From a candidate division TM6 bacterium GW2011_GWF2_28_16 (GTDB lineage Bacteria; Babelota; Babeliae; Babelales; UASB340), in assembly GCA_000989185.1 (NCBI GenBank), contig LBNX01000002.1, forward strand, positions 358,012 to 422,011: a stretch of 64,000 nucleotides of DNA, in the 5' to 3' direction. The number at the start of each line of letters is the position of its first letter. The stretch's first letter is position 1. The notes under the pieces were generated by a model that did not search any database, was not told the origin of the DNA, and saw nothing but the letters and a program-made list of their open reading frames with translations. Of this stretch, positions 53,522 to 61,277 are shown in pieces. The translations under genes were made by a program, and so were the position numbers.

Positions 53522-55474
53522 ATGTTAATAGTAAAAAAATTAAGTTTAAACTTTGGTCAGCAAGTAATTTTTGAAGATATTTCGTTTACTGTAAATTCAA
53601 ACGAACGAATTGGTCTTGTTGGGCGTAATGGTTCTGGAAAAACTACTTTATTAAAAATAATAAGTGATTTTAATCAATCAGGTACAAAAGACTTTGATTC
53701 TGGCCAAATAGAGATATATAAAAATAAAAAAATTGCATACTTGCCACAGCAGGTTATTTTAGAGTCAAAAAAAGATATTTTACACGAAGCGCTAAATAGC
53801 TTTATAACAGATTTGGGTTATTTAGGTGATTTAATTCATGAATATAATGATCTTGAAAATAAAATTAATAGTTTACATAATCACGAAGTAAATAATCTTG
53901 AAAGATATTCGAATTTGCAAATTCTTTTAAACGAGCTTAATTTTGAAAAAAAAGTTTTAGAAACTAAAAAGATTTTATTGGGTTTAGGCTTTAGTGAAAG
54001 TATCTTAAAAGATAGCGTACAAACGCTTTCTGTTGGTTGGAAGATGCGCTTGGTTTTGGCTAAATTGTTATTGCAAAAGGCTGATTTTTATTTATTTGAC
54101 GAACCAACAAACCATTTAGATTTAGTAGCAAAAGATTGGTTTTTAGCATTTTTGCAAAATGCTAACTTTGGTTTTATGTTAGTTTGTCATGATAGATATT
54201 TTTTAGATAAATTATGTTCACAAATTTATGAATTATCTTTAGGCCAATTAAATATTTATACAGGTAATTATTCTAAATATTTGGAACAAAAAGAACATGA
54301 TAAACAACTTTTAGAACAAAAATATATAGAACAACAAAAATATATTAAAAAAGAGATGGCTGTAATAGATCGCTTTAGGGCAAGTGCATCAAGATCTAAT
54401 ATGGCGCAGAGTAAATTAAAAGCATTAGAAAAATTAGAACTTGTAAAAATAGAACCAATGCAAAAAATTGTTAAAATAAAATTTAATAATGTAAAACAGG
54501 CTGGCAAAATAGTTTTGACTGTTAAAAATTTAGCAAAATCTTTTGGTGATAAATTAATTTTTAAAAATGTAAATTTTGAAATTGATCGAGGCGAAAAGGT
54601 TGCAATAGTTGCGCCAAATGGTCAAGGTAAGTCGACTTTATTAAATATGATTATGGAGAATATTCTGTGTGAAGACCCGGGATCTAAAATTATTTTTGGA
54701 CATAATGTTTTTCCGGCATTTTTTGAACAGGATCAAAATAAAACTTTAAATCCAAAAAAAACTATATATCAAGAAGTAGAAGATAGCTGTAAAACAACAG
54801 AACAAAGACAAAAAATTAGGACTATTTTGGGCTCGTTTTTGTTTTCTGGTGATGATATCGAAAAAACTATATCTGTTTTAAGTGGTGGTGAAAAAAATAG
54901 AGTTGCAATGGTAAAGGTTCTTTTGCAAGATGCGAATTTTTTAATATTGGATGAACCTACAAATCATCTTGATATAGAATCAAAAGAAGTACTATTGTCT
55001 GTTCTAAAAGATTATCCTGGGACTATATTATTTGTTTCTCATGATCGTGATTTTTTGAATAATTTATCAACAGCTATAATAGAATTAAAACAAGATTCTA
55101 GCTATAAATATAAAGGTAATTATGATGCATTTTTGGAACAAAAAGATGCACAGCAAAATGTAATCGAAAATGTTAAAAATATAGAATTAAGAGCTAATCA
55201 TATTGAGCATGCATTGTCATCCCGGGCAAGGACCCGGGATCCAGAAATAAAACATTCAAATAATTTCTCCAAAAATGATTATGAAACTCGTAAACAAATA
55301 AGAGCATTAGAAAGTAAGATAGAAAAACAAGAAAAAGAACTTGAACTTTTAACTAAAAAGTTTGAAAATTTAGAATATGGATCTAAAGATTATAATAAAG
55401 TTTTAAATGAAATTAATAAAATAGAAAAAGAGCTAAATGAAAATTTAGCTCTTTGGGAAATTTTAAATAGTTAA
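53522..55474 (+). CDS. ABC-F family ATPase (Uup/YheS-like, C-terminal coiled coil)
   Basis: Two ABC cassettes (GRNGSGKTT / LSVGWKMR / YLFDEPTNHLD; APNGQGKST / LSGGEKNR / LILDEPTNHLD), no TM domain, coiled-coil tail. Contains a family H copy and a half-copy in frame. Confidence 0.9.
   Translation: MLIVKKLSLNFGQQVIFEDISFTVNSNERIGLVGRNGSGKTTLLKIISDFNQSGTKDFDSGQIEIYKNKKIAYLPQQVILESKKDILHEALNSFITDLGYLGDLIHEYNDLENKINSLHNHEVNNLERYSNLQILLNELNFEKKVLETKKILLGLGFSESILKDSVQTLSVGWKMRLVLAKLLLQKADFYLFDEPTNHLDLVAKDWFLAFLQNANFGFMLVCHDRYFLDKLCSQIYELSLGQLNIYTGNYSKYLEQKEHDKQLLEQKYIEQQKYIKKEMAVIDRFRASASRSNMAQSKLKALEKLELVKIEPMQKIVKIKFNNVKQAGKIVLTVKNLAKSFGDKLIFKNVNFEIDRGEKVAIVAPNGQGKSTLLNMIMENILCEDPGSKIIFGHNVFPAFFEQDQNKTLNPKKTIYQEVEDSCKTTEQRQKIRTILGSFLFSGDDIEKTISVLSGGEKNRVAMVKVLLQDANFLILDEPTNHLDIESKEVLLSVLKDYPGTILFVSHDRDFLNNLSTAIIELKQDSSYKYKGNYDAFLEQKDAQQNVIENVKNIELRANHIEHALSSRARTRDPEIKHSNNFSKNDYETRKQIRALESKIEKQEKELELLTKKFENLEYGSKDYNKVLNEINKIEKELNENLALWEILNS
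54672..54686 (-). repeat. Family H half-copy (one arm plus flank) inside the ABC-F CDS
   Basis: AAGACCCGGGATCTA is identical to the 3' half of copy 56623..56652; encodes EDPGS just after the second Walker A. Confidence 0.6.
55214..55244 (-). repeat. Family H hairpin (CCGG-arm variant), in frame inside the ABC-F CDS
   Basis: TTGTC-ATCCCGGG-CAAGGA-CCCGGGAT-CCAG, a perfect stem; encodes LSSRARTRDPE in the linker before the coiled coil. Confidence 0.85.
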
Positions 55475-56601
55475 ACGTTAAAGCGTATTAAAATTATATC
55501 GCCATCTTTTATTATATAATCTTTGCCTTCAGTTCGCATTTTACCTGTATCACGTAATTTTGCTTCACTTCCTGCTAACATTATATCGCTATAATTATAA
55601 ACAACAGCACATATAAAACCACGTTCTAAATCAGAATGAATTTCTCCAGCAGCCTGAGGTGCTTTGGTGTTTTGTCGCAAACTCCAGGCATGCGCTTCTT
55701 TGGGGCCACATGTAAAAAATGTAATTAAGCCTAGGTTTTGGTATGTGCTTTTAATAATTTTATCTAAACCTGATTCATCTATTTCAAGAGACGCTAGCAT
55801 TTCTTGTTTTTCACTATCTTCAAGTTGAGATAATTCAGCTTCTATTTTTGCAGATATTGCTATTACTTTATTAGCACCAAATTTTGCTACTAAATTTTTA
55901 TAGTGAATATTATTTAAATAGTTTTTATTTTGTAAATCATCTTCAGAAATATTTGCTATTATTATAAAGTTTTTGGCACTTAAAAGATCTATCGTTTTTA
56001 TATTTTTATTAGCATATTCACGAATTATATCTTGTACACCATAAAAATTACCAGAGTTAATAAAATTTTTAACTTTTAAAACAAGCTCTAGTTCTTGCTC
56101 TAATTCTTTAATTTGATTTGGTGTAAAATTTTTGTTTTTGGCACTTTTTAAAAGTGCATTTAATTTTTCTTCTTTTTTTTCTATAGATTCCAAATCTTTT
56201 AACATAAGCTCAGAAACTATAACTTCAAAGTCATCTATTGGGTCAAGATGATCATGAACATGAGTTACGTTTTTATCTTCAAAGCAACGTAATACGTGTA
56301 TTATTAAATCAACACCCATTATATTAGACAAAAATTGGTTACCTAAGCCTTCGCCTGTTGCTGCACCTTTTACAAGCCCTGCAATATCACAAAATTGCAC
56401 AGTTGTTGGTATTAATTTTTGTGAACCAAATATTTTTGCTAACTCTTCTAAGCGCTTATCTGGAACATTTGTAATAGCCATATGAGGGTCTATTGTACAA
56501 AATGGGTAGTTTTCTGCAGGTATTCCTGCTTTTGTTAATGCATTAAAAAGTGTAGATTTTCCAACATTTGGAAGGCCTACTAAACCTGCTTGAATTGCCA
56601 T
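55471..56601 (-). CDS. ychF: Ribosome-binding ATPase YchF
   Basis: GLVGLPNVGKSTLFNALT, DIAGLVKGA, and a C-terminal TGS-like domain (DGDIILIRFNV). Confidence 0.95.
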   Translation of the reverse strand: MAIQAGLVGLPNVGKSTLFNALTKAGIPAENYPFCTIDPHMAITNVPDKRLEELAKIFGSQKLIPTTVQFCDIAGLVKGAATGEGLGNQFLSNIMGVDLIIHVLRCFEDKNVTHVHDHLDPIDDFEVIVSELMLKDLESIEKKEEKLNALLKSAKNKNFTPNQIKELEQELELVLKVKNFINSGNFYGVQDIIREYANKNIKTIDLLSAKNFIIIANISEDDLQNKNYLNNIHYKNLVAKFGANKVIAISAKIEAELSQLEDSEKQEMLASLEIDESGLDKIIKSTYQNLGLITFFTCGPKEAHAWSLRQNTKAPQAAGEIHSDLERGFICAVVYNYSDIMLAGSEAKLRDTGKMRTEGKDYIIKDGDIILIRFNV

Positions 56602-56622
56602 TTTTCACCTATTATTTTATGG

Positions 56623-56652
56623 GGTCATCCCGGGCAAAGACCCGGGATCTAA
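56623..56652 (-). repeat. Family H hairpin (CCGG-arm variant) in the ychF 5' leader / divergent promoter region
   Basis: GGTC-ATCCCGGG-CAAAGA-CCCGGGAT-CTAA, a perfect stem, 22 nt upstream of the ychF start codon. Confidence 0.85.
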
Positions 56653-56799
56653 ATACTAGTATAAAAAAATTGATTTTTTTTGCAAAAAGCGTAGTTTAAA
56701 AGCCATTTATTTATTACCATTTGTGAATTTTTATCCAGATGGGATAATTTAAGTGTAAATACATAATTTTGTGTATTTTTAATAAAAAATGAGGTTATT

Positions 56800-57519
56800 A
56801 TGAAAAAAATGAATATTTTTACAAAAATTATGTTAATTTTTGCTATTTTAGTTAATATTTTGTCTTTTGATTTAAATGCATCTATAAGACGTAGACTTAA
56901 TGCAAGAAGAGAACAATCTGTTGTTAATGGACCTATGGATAGGTTTGTAATTCGAAGAGTTAGAGTTGTTGAGCAACAAGTTCAAGAACAACAAGTGCTT
57001 GAAATTAATTTTGATTTATTCAGAGAACAACTTGTTGCAACAAATTTAAATCAAGAGATTGTAAATTTAATTATTGAAAGAATTCGAGATTATAATTCTG
57101 AAAATTTAAATGAGATTCTAGATTTATCTGGATTATTTATTACAGATGCAAGATTGCAGATTATAATACCATTTTTGGCACAAAGAAATGTTAGAAAACT
57201 AAATCTTGCTGGTAATCAAATAAGATTAATACCACAAAATATTAGAGAATTAGTAAATTTAAATTATTTAAATTTAAATAATAATAATATTGTTTATTTT
57301 AACGCAAGTTTTAGAGATTTTATACAGGGCGAAAATTCTTTAGAAGTTTTATCAAAAATGCAAAATTTAAGAATAATATTATTACAAAATAATAATTTAG
57401 ATTATATACCATATAGATTTTTAGGTATGAGAAATTTAGAAGTATTAAATGCAAGTGATAATCGATTAAATATTGGTACTCAAAGATTTAGAAATGATAA
57501 TAGGTTTATTTTAGATTAA
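56800..57519 (+). CDS. Secreted leucine-rich-repeat protein (eukaryote-like LRR)
   Basis: Signal peptide, then SIRRRLNARREQS. LRR units LNLAGNQIRLIPQNIRELVNLNYLNLNNNNI and LQNNNLDYIPYRFLGMRNLEVLNASDNRL. Confidence 0.75.
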   Translation: MKKMNIFTKIMLIFAILVNILSFDLNASIRRRLNARREQSVVNGPMDRFVIRRVRVVEQQVQEQQVLEINFDLFREQLVATNLNQEIVNLIIERIRDYNSENLNEILDLSGLFITDARLQIIIPFLAQRNVRKLNLAGNQIRLIPQNIRELVNLNYLNLNNNNIVYFNASFRDFIQGENSLEVLSKMQNLRIILLQNNNLDYIPYRFLGMRNLEVLNASDNRLNIGTQRFRNDNRFILD

Positions 57520-57536
57520 AAGCTAATGGGGTTATT

Positions 57537-58799
57537 ATGAAATTTTTAAATAAAAAAATATTAATATTATTTTTAAGTTTATTAACATTAAATAATTTTA
57601 GTTTTGGTTCTATAAGAAAAAAGCTTGAAAGACGAAGAGCAGAATCTCCAAATAATTCTAGATTTAATAGAATTGATAAATTTATGTTTGATAAAGAATC
57701 TTTGGACATTATAGGGTTTATTGCGCAAGATGAGATACAAAATGTTTCTGTAGAGTTTAAAGGCTTTTGTTCTTGTATATATTCTTATTTGAATGAACAA
57801 AATAGTTTTAAAAATGTTGAAATTGAAAGTTACATAGATGGAATAGTTGAAAATCTTGTTAATACAAGAAAGCTTAGTTTTGATACTTTTAATTCTATAA
57901 ATAAAGTATCTTTTAAAAAATTATGGACTCAAATGTACAATAACCTAAAAAATGAAGCTTTGAGTTTGGGGATTAGTTGGTCTGAAACATTTTTGATGCA
58001 AGAAATATTAAATGATTATAATAATGAACAAGAAAATTTTGTATTGGATGATGAATCTTTAAATATTATAAATGAATTTGTATCTAATATTTTTATGGAT
58101 TGTTCTAATGAATTTAGAGTTTGGGGTGACAAAATATTATCAAATAGATGCTTATCTAATAAATACGTTTCAATTGAAAAGATAACAGAAAATATAATTA
58201 TAGATTTTGTAAAAAATTGTGGTTACAAATCTGAAGATATTGGGTTTAAAGTTTTATGGACAGAGTTATATAAGAATTTAAAAGATGAAGCAATTAGTTA
58301 TGGTATTAATTGGTTAGATACTAATTTAATGCAAGAAATAGTTGATAAATATGACATAGCAAAAGATTTTGTATATTTATCTAATGATGAAATATATAGC
58401 TCAATTAATACTGTTATAGATATAGTAAAGGGTGAATATATTACTACAACGCCACAATTTAGATCTTTATGTGAAAAAGTTCTTGAATATTATTTACCAC
58501 AAGAATTGCAAGAAACATCATTTGAGATTTTTATATCAGAAAGAGTTGCGGATTTAGTTTTTGGAAAATTGGGTGATATTTCAGAAGAAAGTATAGAATT
58601 TTTTGAAGAATGGTTGGTTATTTATACTTTATTATTTTTTGAAGCAAAAGCTCTTGGAATTGGTGAATTTATATTTCCAAGTAATGATTCAAATACGGAT
58701 ATAATAGGGTATCACCTTAAAGGTGCAGGATTAACAAAAGCTGATTTTATCAAAAAGTTTAATGAGCAGTATCTTAAAAAAGATGATGATAATGATTAA
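57537..58799 (+). CDS. Secreted protein with three ~110-aa internal repeats, unknown function
   Basis: Signal peptide, then SIRKKLERRRAES. Repeated blocks such as FKKLWTQMYNNLKNEALSLGISWSETFLMQEI and FKVLWTELYKNLKDEAISYGINWLDTNLMQEI. Starts 17 nt after the LRR gene. Confidence 0.6.
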   Translation: MKFLNKKILILFLSLLTLNNFSFGSIRKKLERRRAESPNNSRFNRIDKFMFDKESLDIIGFIAQDEIQNVSVEFKGFCSCIYSYLNEQNSFKNVEIESYIDGIVENLVNTRKLSFDTFNSINKVSFKKLWTQMYNNLKNEALSLGISWSETFLMQEILNDYNNEQENFVLDDESLNIINEFVSNIFMDCSNEFRVWGDKILSNRCLSNKYVSIEKITENIIIDFVKNCGYKSEDIGFKVLWTELYKNLKDEAISYGINWLDTNLMQEIVDKYDIAKDFVYLSNDEIYSSINTVIDIVKGEYITTTPQFRSLCEKVLEYYLPQELQETSFEIFISERVADLVFGKLGDISEESIEFFEEWLVIYTLLFFEAKALGIGEFIFPSNDSNTDIIGYHLKGAGLTKADFIKKFNEQYLKKDDDND

Positions 58800-58826
58800 T
58801 GTTAAAAAATATTATATAGTATATTG

Positions 58827-58852
58827 GGGCTGCAGGTTGCAGCCCTTTTTCT
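58827..58852 (+). terminator. Rho-independent terminator
   Basis: GGGCTGCA-GGT-TGCAGCCC followed by a T-run. Confidence 0.8.
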
Positions 58853-58888
58853 TTTAAAGCGCTTTTGGTTATAATTGGTTAAGTTGAT

Positions 58889-58918
58889 TTTTTTATTACT
58901 GGATCCTGAATCAAGTTC
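58889..58918 (+). repeat. GC-rich hairpin element, family H (TGAA-arm variant)
   Basis: CTGG-ATCCTGAA-TCAAG-TTCAGGAT-GACAA, 31 nt upstream of miaB. Its left flank TTTTTTATTAC resembles that of copy 52174. Confidence 0.85.
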
Positions 58919-58949
58919 AGGATGACAATGTTAGAGAAATATTTTAATT

Positions 58950-60257
58950 ATGCTTAAATTTTTTATACAAACATATGGATGCCAGGCAAATGTTGCTGAT
59001 TCGCAAGCTATAGCAAATTTCTTAGTTAATTTAGATTGTGAGCAGGTTTTTACAGAAAATCAGGCTGATTTAATACTTATAAATACTTGTGCTATACGAG
59101 ATAAGGCTGAACAAAAGATATATTCTTATATTGGCAGATTAGCTAAATTACAGAAACAAAATAGTTTATTAAAAATTATAATAGTAGGGTGCATTGCTAG
59201 TTATAAAAAACAAGAATTTTATTCTAGATTTAATTTTATAACATTTGTTAATGGTGCTCGAGAAGATAAAAATATTTTGCGTGATAAATTAATCGAAGTT
59301 GTTATGCTTTCGCAAAGTAGTAAGAATGTTCTTGATATAGATTTAAAATTTGGTGGTATAAAACAAGAGAAAAAACATAGTACTCAAGCTTTTGTAAATA
59401 TTATGACCGGGTGTAATAATTTTTGTACTTATTGTATTGTGCCATTTACTCGAGGTCGAGAAGTTAGTTATAGTTCACAAGAAATTTTAGAAAAAATAAA
59501 ACAAGATATAATATTGGGTGCAAAAGAAATTGTTTTGCTTGGTCAAAATGTAAATTCTTATAAATGCCCAAAAAGTAATATTAATTTTGCAAGTTTATTA
59601 GAGGCTGTAGCAGAGCTTGATGGTGAATTTTGGATTAGGTTTGTTAGCCCTCATCCAAAAGATATGACTCTTGATGTAATAAAAATTATGGCAAAATATC
59701 CAGATAAAATTTGTGCGTTTATGCATTTACCTTTGCAGTCTGGTTCTAATAAAATTTTAGAATTAATGAACAGGGGCTATAATACAGAAAAATATTTAGA
59801 GCAGGTAGGTTGGGTAAAAGAATATTTGCCACATGCTACGATTTCTACAGATATTATAGTTGGATTTCCTGGTGAAACAGAAAAAGATTTTCAGGATACT
59901 ATAGATATTATAAAAAAAATAAAATTCGATAATATTTTTAGTTTTATATTTTCGCCAAGAAAATTTACTAAAGCAATATTAATGCAAGATGATTTATCAT
60001 ATGATCAAAAACAAGCCCGCTTAGATTTTTTACAAAAATTGCAAGTTGATATCTCTAGAGAAAATAACGAAAAGTATCTGGGCAAAATTTTGAAATGTTT
60101 AGTTGAAAAAGAAGCTGTAAATGGTATGCTGTTAGCTCGAAGCAGTGGTAATCATACAGTTTTATTTAATGGTAATATAGAATTGATTGACTCTTTTGTT
60201 AATATTAATATAGATAAAGTTAGTGCTACAAATTTAGTTGGATCTTTGATAAAATAG
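58950..60257 (+). CDS. miaB: Radical-SAM methylthiotransferase, MiaB family
   Basis: N-terminal UPF0004 Cys motif TYGCQANVADS. Radical SAM CNNFCTYC. C-terminal TRAM-like domain. Confidence 0.8.
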   Translation: MLKFFIQTYGCQANVADSQAIANFLVNLDCEQVFTENQADLILINTCAIRDKAEQKIYSYIGRLAKLQKQNSLLKIIIVGCIASYKKQEFYSRFNFITFVNGAREDKNILRDKLIEVVMLSQSSKNVLDIDLKFGGIKQEKKHSTQAFVNIMTGCNNFCTYCIVPFTRGREVSYSSQEILEKIKQDIILGAKEIVLLGQNVNSYKCPKSNINFASLLEAVAELDGEFWIRFVSPHPKDMTLDVIKIMAKYPDKICAFMHLPLQSGSNKILELMNRGYNTEKYLEQVGWVKEYLPHATISTDIIVGFPGETEKDFQDTIDIIKKIKFDNIFSFIFSPRKFTKAILMQDDLSYDQKQARLDFLQKLQVDISRENNEKYLGKILKCLVEKEAVNGMLLARSSGNHTVLFNGNIELIDSFVNINIDKVSATNLVGSLIK

Positions 60258-60273
60258 TTTTGTAATTATGTAT

Positions 60274-60347
60274 GGCGGCATAGCCAAGTGGTAAGGCAGT
60301 GGTCTGCAAAACCGCGATCCCCGGTTCAATTCCGGGTGCCGCCTCCA
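60274..60347 (+). tRNA. tRNA-Cys (GCA), CCA encoded
   Basis: Folded by hand. Acceptor GGCGGCA/TGCCGCC. Anticodon stem GTGGT/ACCGC with loop CTGCAAA. T arm CCCGG-TTCAATT-CCGGG. Confidence 0.9.
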
Positions 60348-60357
60348 GCCTACGCTC

Positions 60358-60502
60358 AGCAAGGCGATAGCCTTGCTCTACCATAATGATGCCTACATAA
60401 ACGTAGGCTCTAATGATATGAAATAAAAAAATATTTATAATTTAAATTTAAGCCCGCCTTTAGGCGCGGCGATGTTGTGGTAGAGGAGGGCTATCGCCCT
60501 CC
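60358..60502 (-). mobile_element. MITE-like GC-rich composite palindromic element, family M, copy B (~145 bp), inverted relative to copy A
   Basis: Termini AGCAAGGCGATAGCCTTGCTCTACC and GGTAGAGGAGGGCTATCGCCCTCC. Internal hairpins GCCTACATAAACGTAGGC and GCCCGCCTTTAGGCGCGGC. Its reverse complement is collinear with 29660..29800, with compensatory stem changes. Confidence 0.8.
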
Positions 60503-60573
60503 GGCAGTATAATTTTTTTAAAAAAAAGTTGATTATATTTATAAATTGTACATAATTATAACAATTAATGCGT

Positions 60574-60661
60574 GCCGTGGTGGCGGAATTGGTAGACGCA
60601 AGGGACTTAAAATCCCTCGGGTTTTTAACCTGTGCCGGTTCGACTCCGGCCCTCGGCACCA
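60574..60661 (+). tRNA. tRNA-Leu (UAA), long variable arm, CCA encoded
   Basis: GCCGTGG-TG-GCGGAATTGGTAGACGC D region typical of tRNA-Leu. Anticodon loop CTTAAAA. T arm GCCGG-TTCGACT-CCGGC. One U-U mismatch in the acceptor stem (5:68). Confidence 0.85.
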
Positions 60662-60697
60662 GCCGTCGCTCCTTTGGAGCTATGGCTGGCAAGCCAG
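60661..60697 (+). other. Two GC-rich hairpins abutting the tRNA-Leu 3' end (processing/termination structure or a degenerate repeat terminus)
   Basis: AGCCGTCGCTCC-TTT-GGAGCTATGGCT (12-bp stem with 1 mismatch and 1 G.U), then CTGGC-AA-GCCAG. No U-run follows. Confidence 0.4.
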
Positions 60698-60836
60698 TAT
60701 TAGAAAAAAATATTAAAATCTTGACAAAAGAAAATCTTGTAAATAAACATCAATGGTATACTTACGAAACGTTTGTGTTGTTTGTGTGTTGTGTTGATTA
60801 ATTGAGAAATTCAGTTTTGAATTTTAGGAGTTATGT

Positions 60837-61112
60837 ATGAACAAGGCCGCTTTGATAGATACAATGTCAAAAGCTACAAAGTTATCTAAAACTGCATGTA
60901 AGGATGCTTTAGAAGCATTCATTGATGCAATTGAAAAATCTTTAAAGAAAAAAAAATCTGTAGTGCTTACAGGTTTTGGAACATTCTCTGTAATGAAGAG
61001 AAAAGCAAGAACAGGTATAAATCCAGCAACAGGCAAGAAAATGCAAATACCTTCCAAAAATGTTCCAAAATTCAAAGCAGGAAAAAAATTAAAAGATTTA
61101 GTAAAAGCCTAA
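60837..61112 (+). CDS. hup: DNA-binding protein HU
   Basis: MNKAALIDTMSK...GFGTFSVMKRKARTGINPATGKKMQIPSKNVPKFKAGKKLKD, canonical HU/IHF fold sequence. Confidence 0.9.
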   Translation: MNKAALIDTMSKATKLSKTACKDALEAFIDAIEKSLKKKKSVVLTGFGTFSVMKRKARTGINPATGKKMQIPSKNVPKFKAGKKLKDLVKA

Positions 61113-61152
61113 GTTTTTTAAAAAGCTTAATATACGTAACCGTATATTCAAA

Positions 61153-61193
61153 ATTGCAGGAAAAACTTGTTGTTTTCCTGCAATTTTTTTTTG
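61153..61193 (+). terminator. Rho-independent terminator after hup
   Basis: ATTGCAGGAAAA-loop-TTTTCCTGCAAT, a 12-bp perfect stem followed by T9. Confidence 0.85.
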
Positions 61194-61277
61194 TTTTATT
61201 TTTATATGGTTTTTTTTATTTTATTTTTGGTAGGGTATTTTTAGATTTTATTAGTTTTTAAAAATAGGGAGTAGAAT

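Noticed and set aside
52174-56652. Whether the clustered family H hairpins form a CRISPR array.
   Set aside because: The copies are irregularly spaced (hundreds to thousands of nt), lie in both orientations and inside genes, and have no uniform spacers. No cas genes are in the window.
56880-57680. Reading the basic leader (SIRRRLNARREQS / SIRKKLERRRAES) as a PEXEL (RxLxE/Q/D), RxLR host-targeting motif or furin R-x-K/R-R site.
   Set aside because: Neither sequence fits those consensus patterns at the required positions (RRLNA, KKLER; the P4 residue is not Arg). I kept only the neutral description of a shared basic leader.
60435-60801. ORFs 60435..60692 (-) and 60568..60801 (+).
   Set aside because: They overlap tRNA-Leu and the MITE-like element. 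Their translations (for example ...VVAELVDARDLKSLG...) are simply tRNA and repeat sequence read as protein.
60754-60836. Extended -10-like TGGTATACT (60754..60762) and a GT-rich leader (GTTTGTGTTGTTTGTGTGTTGTGTTG) upstream of hup as a promoter and regulatory RNA element.
   Set aside because: It is plausible, but there is no convincing -35 and no second example of the GT-rich motif in the window. The evidence is too weak to call as a feature.
60824-61075. 83-aa minus-strand ORF.
   Set aside because: It is antisense to the canonical HU gene, which explains the region fully.
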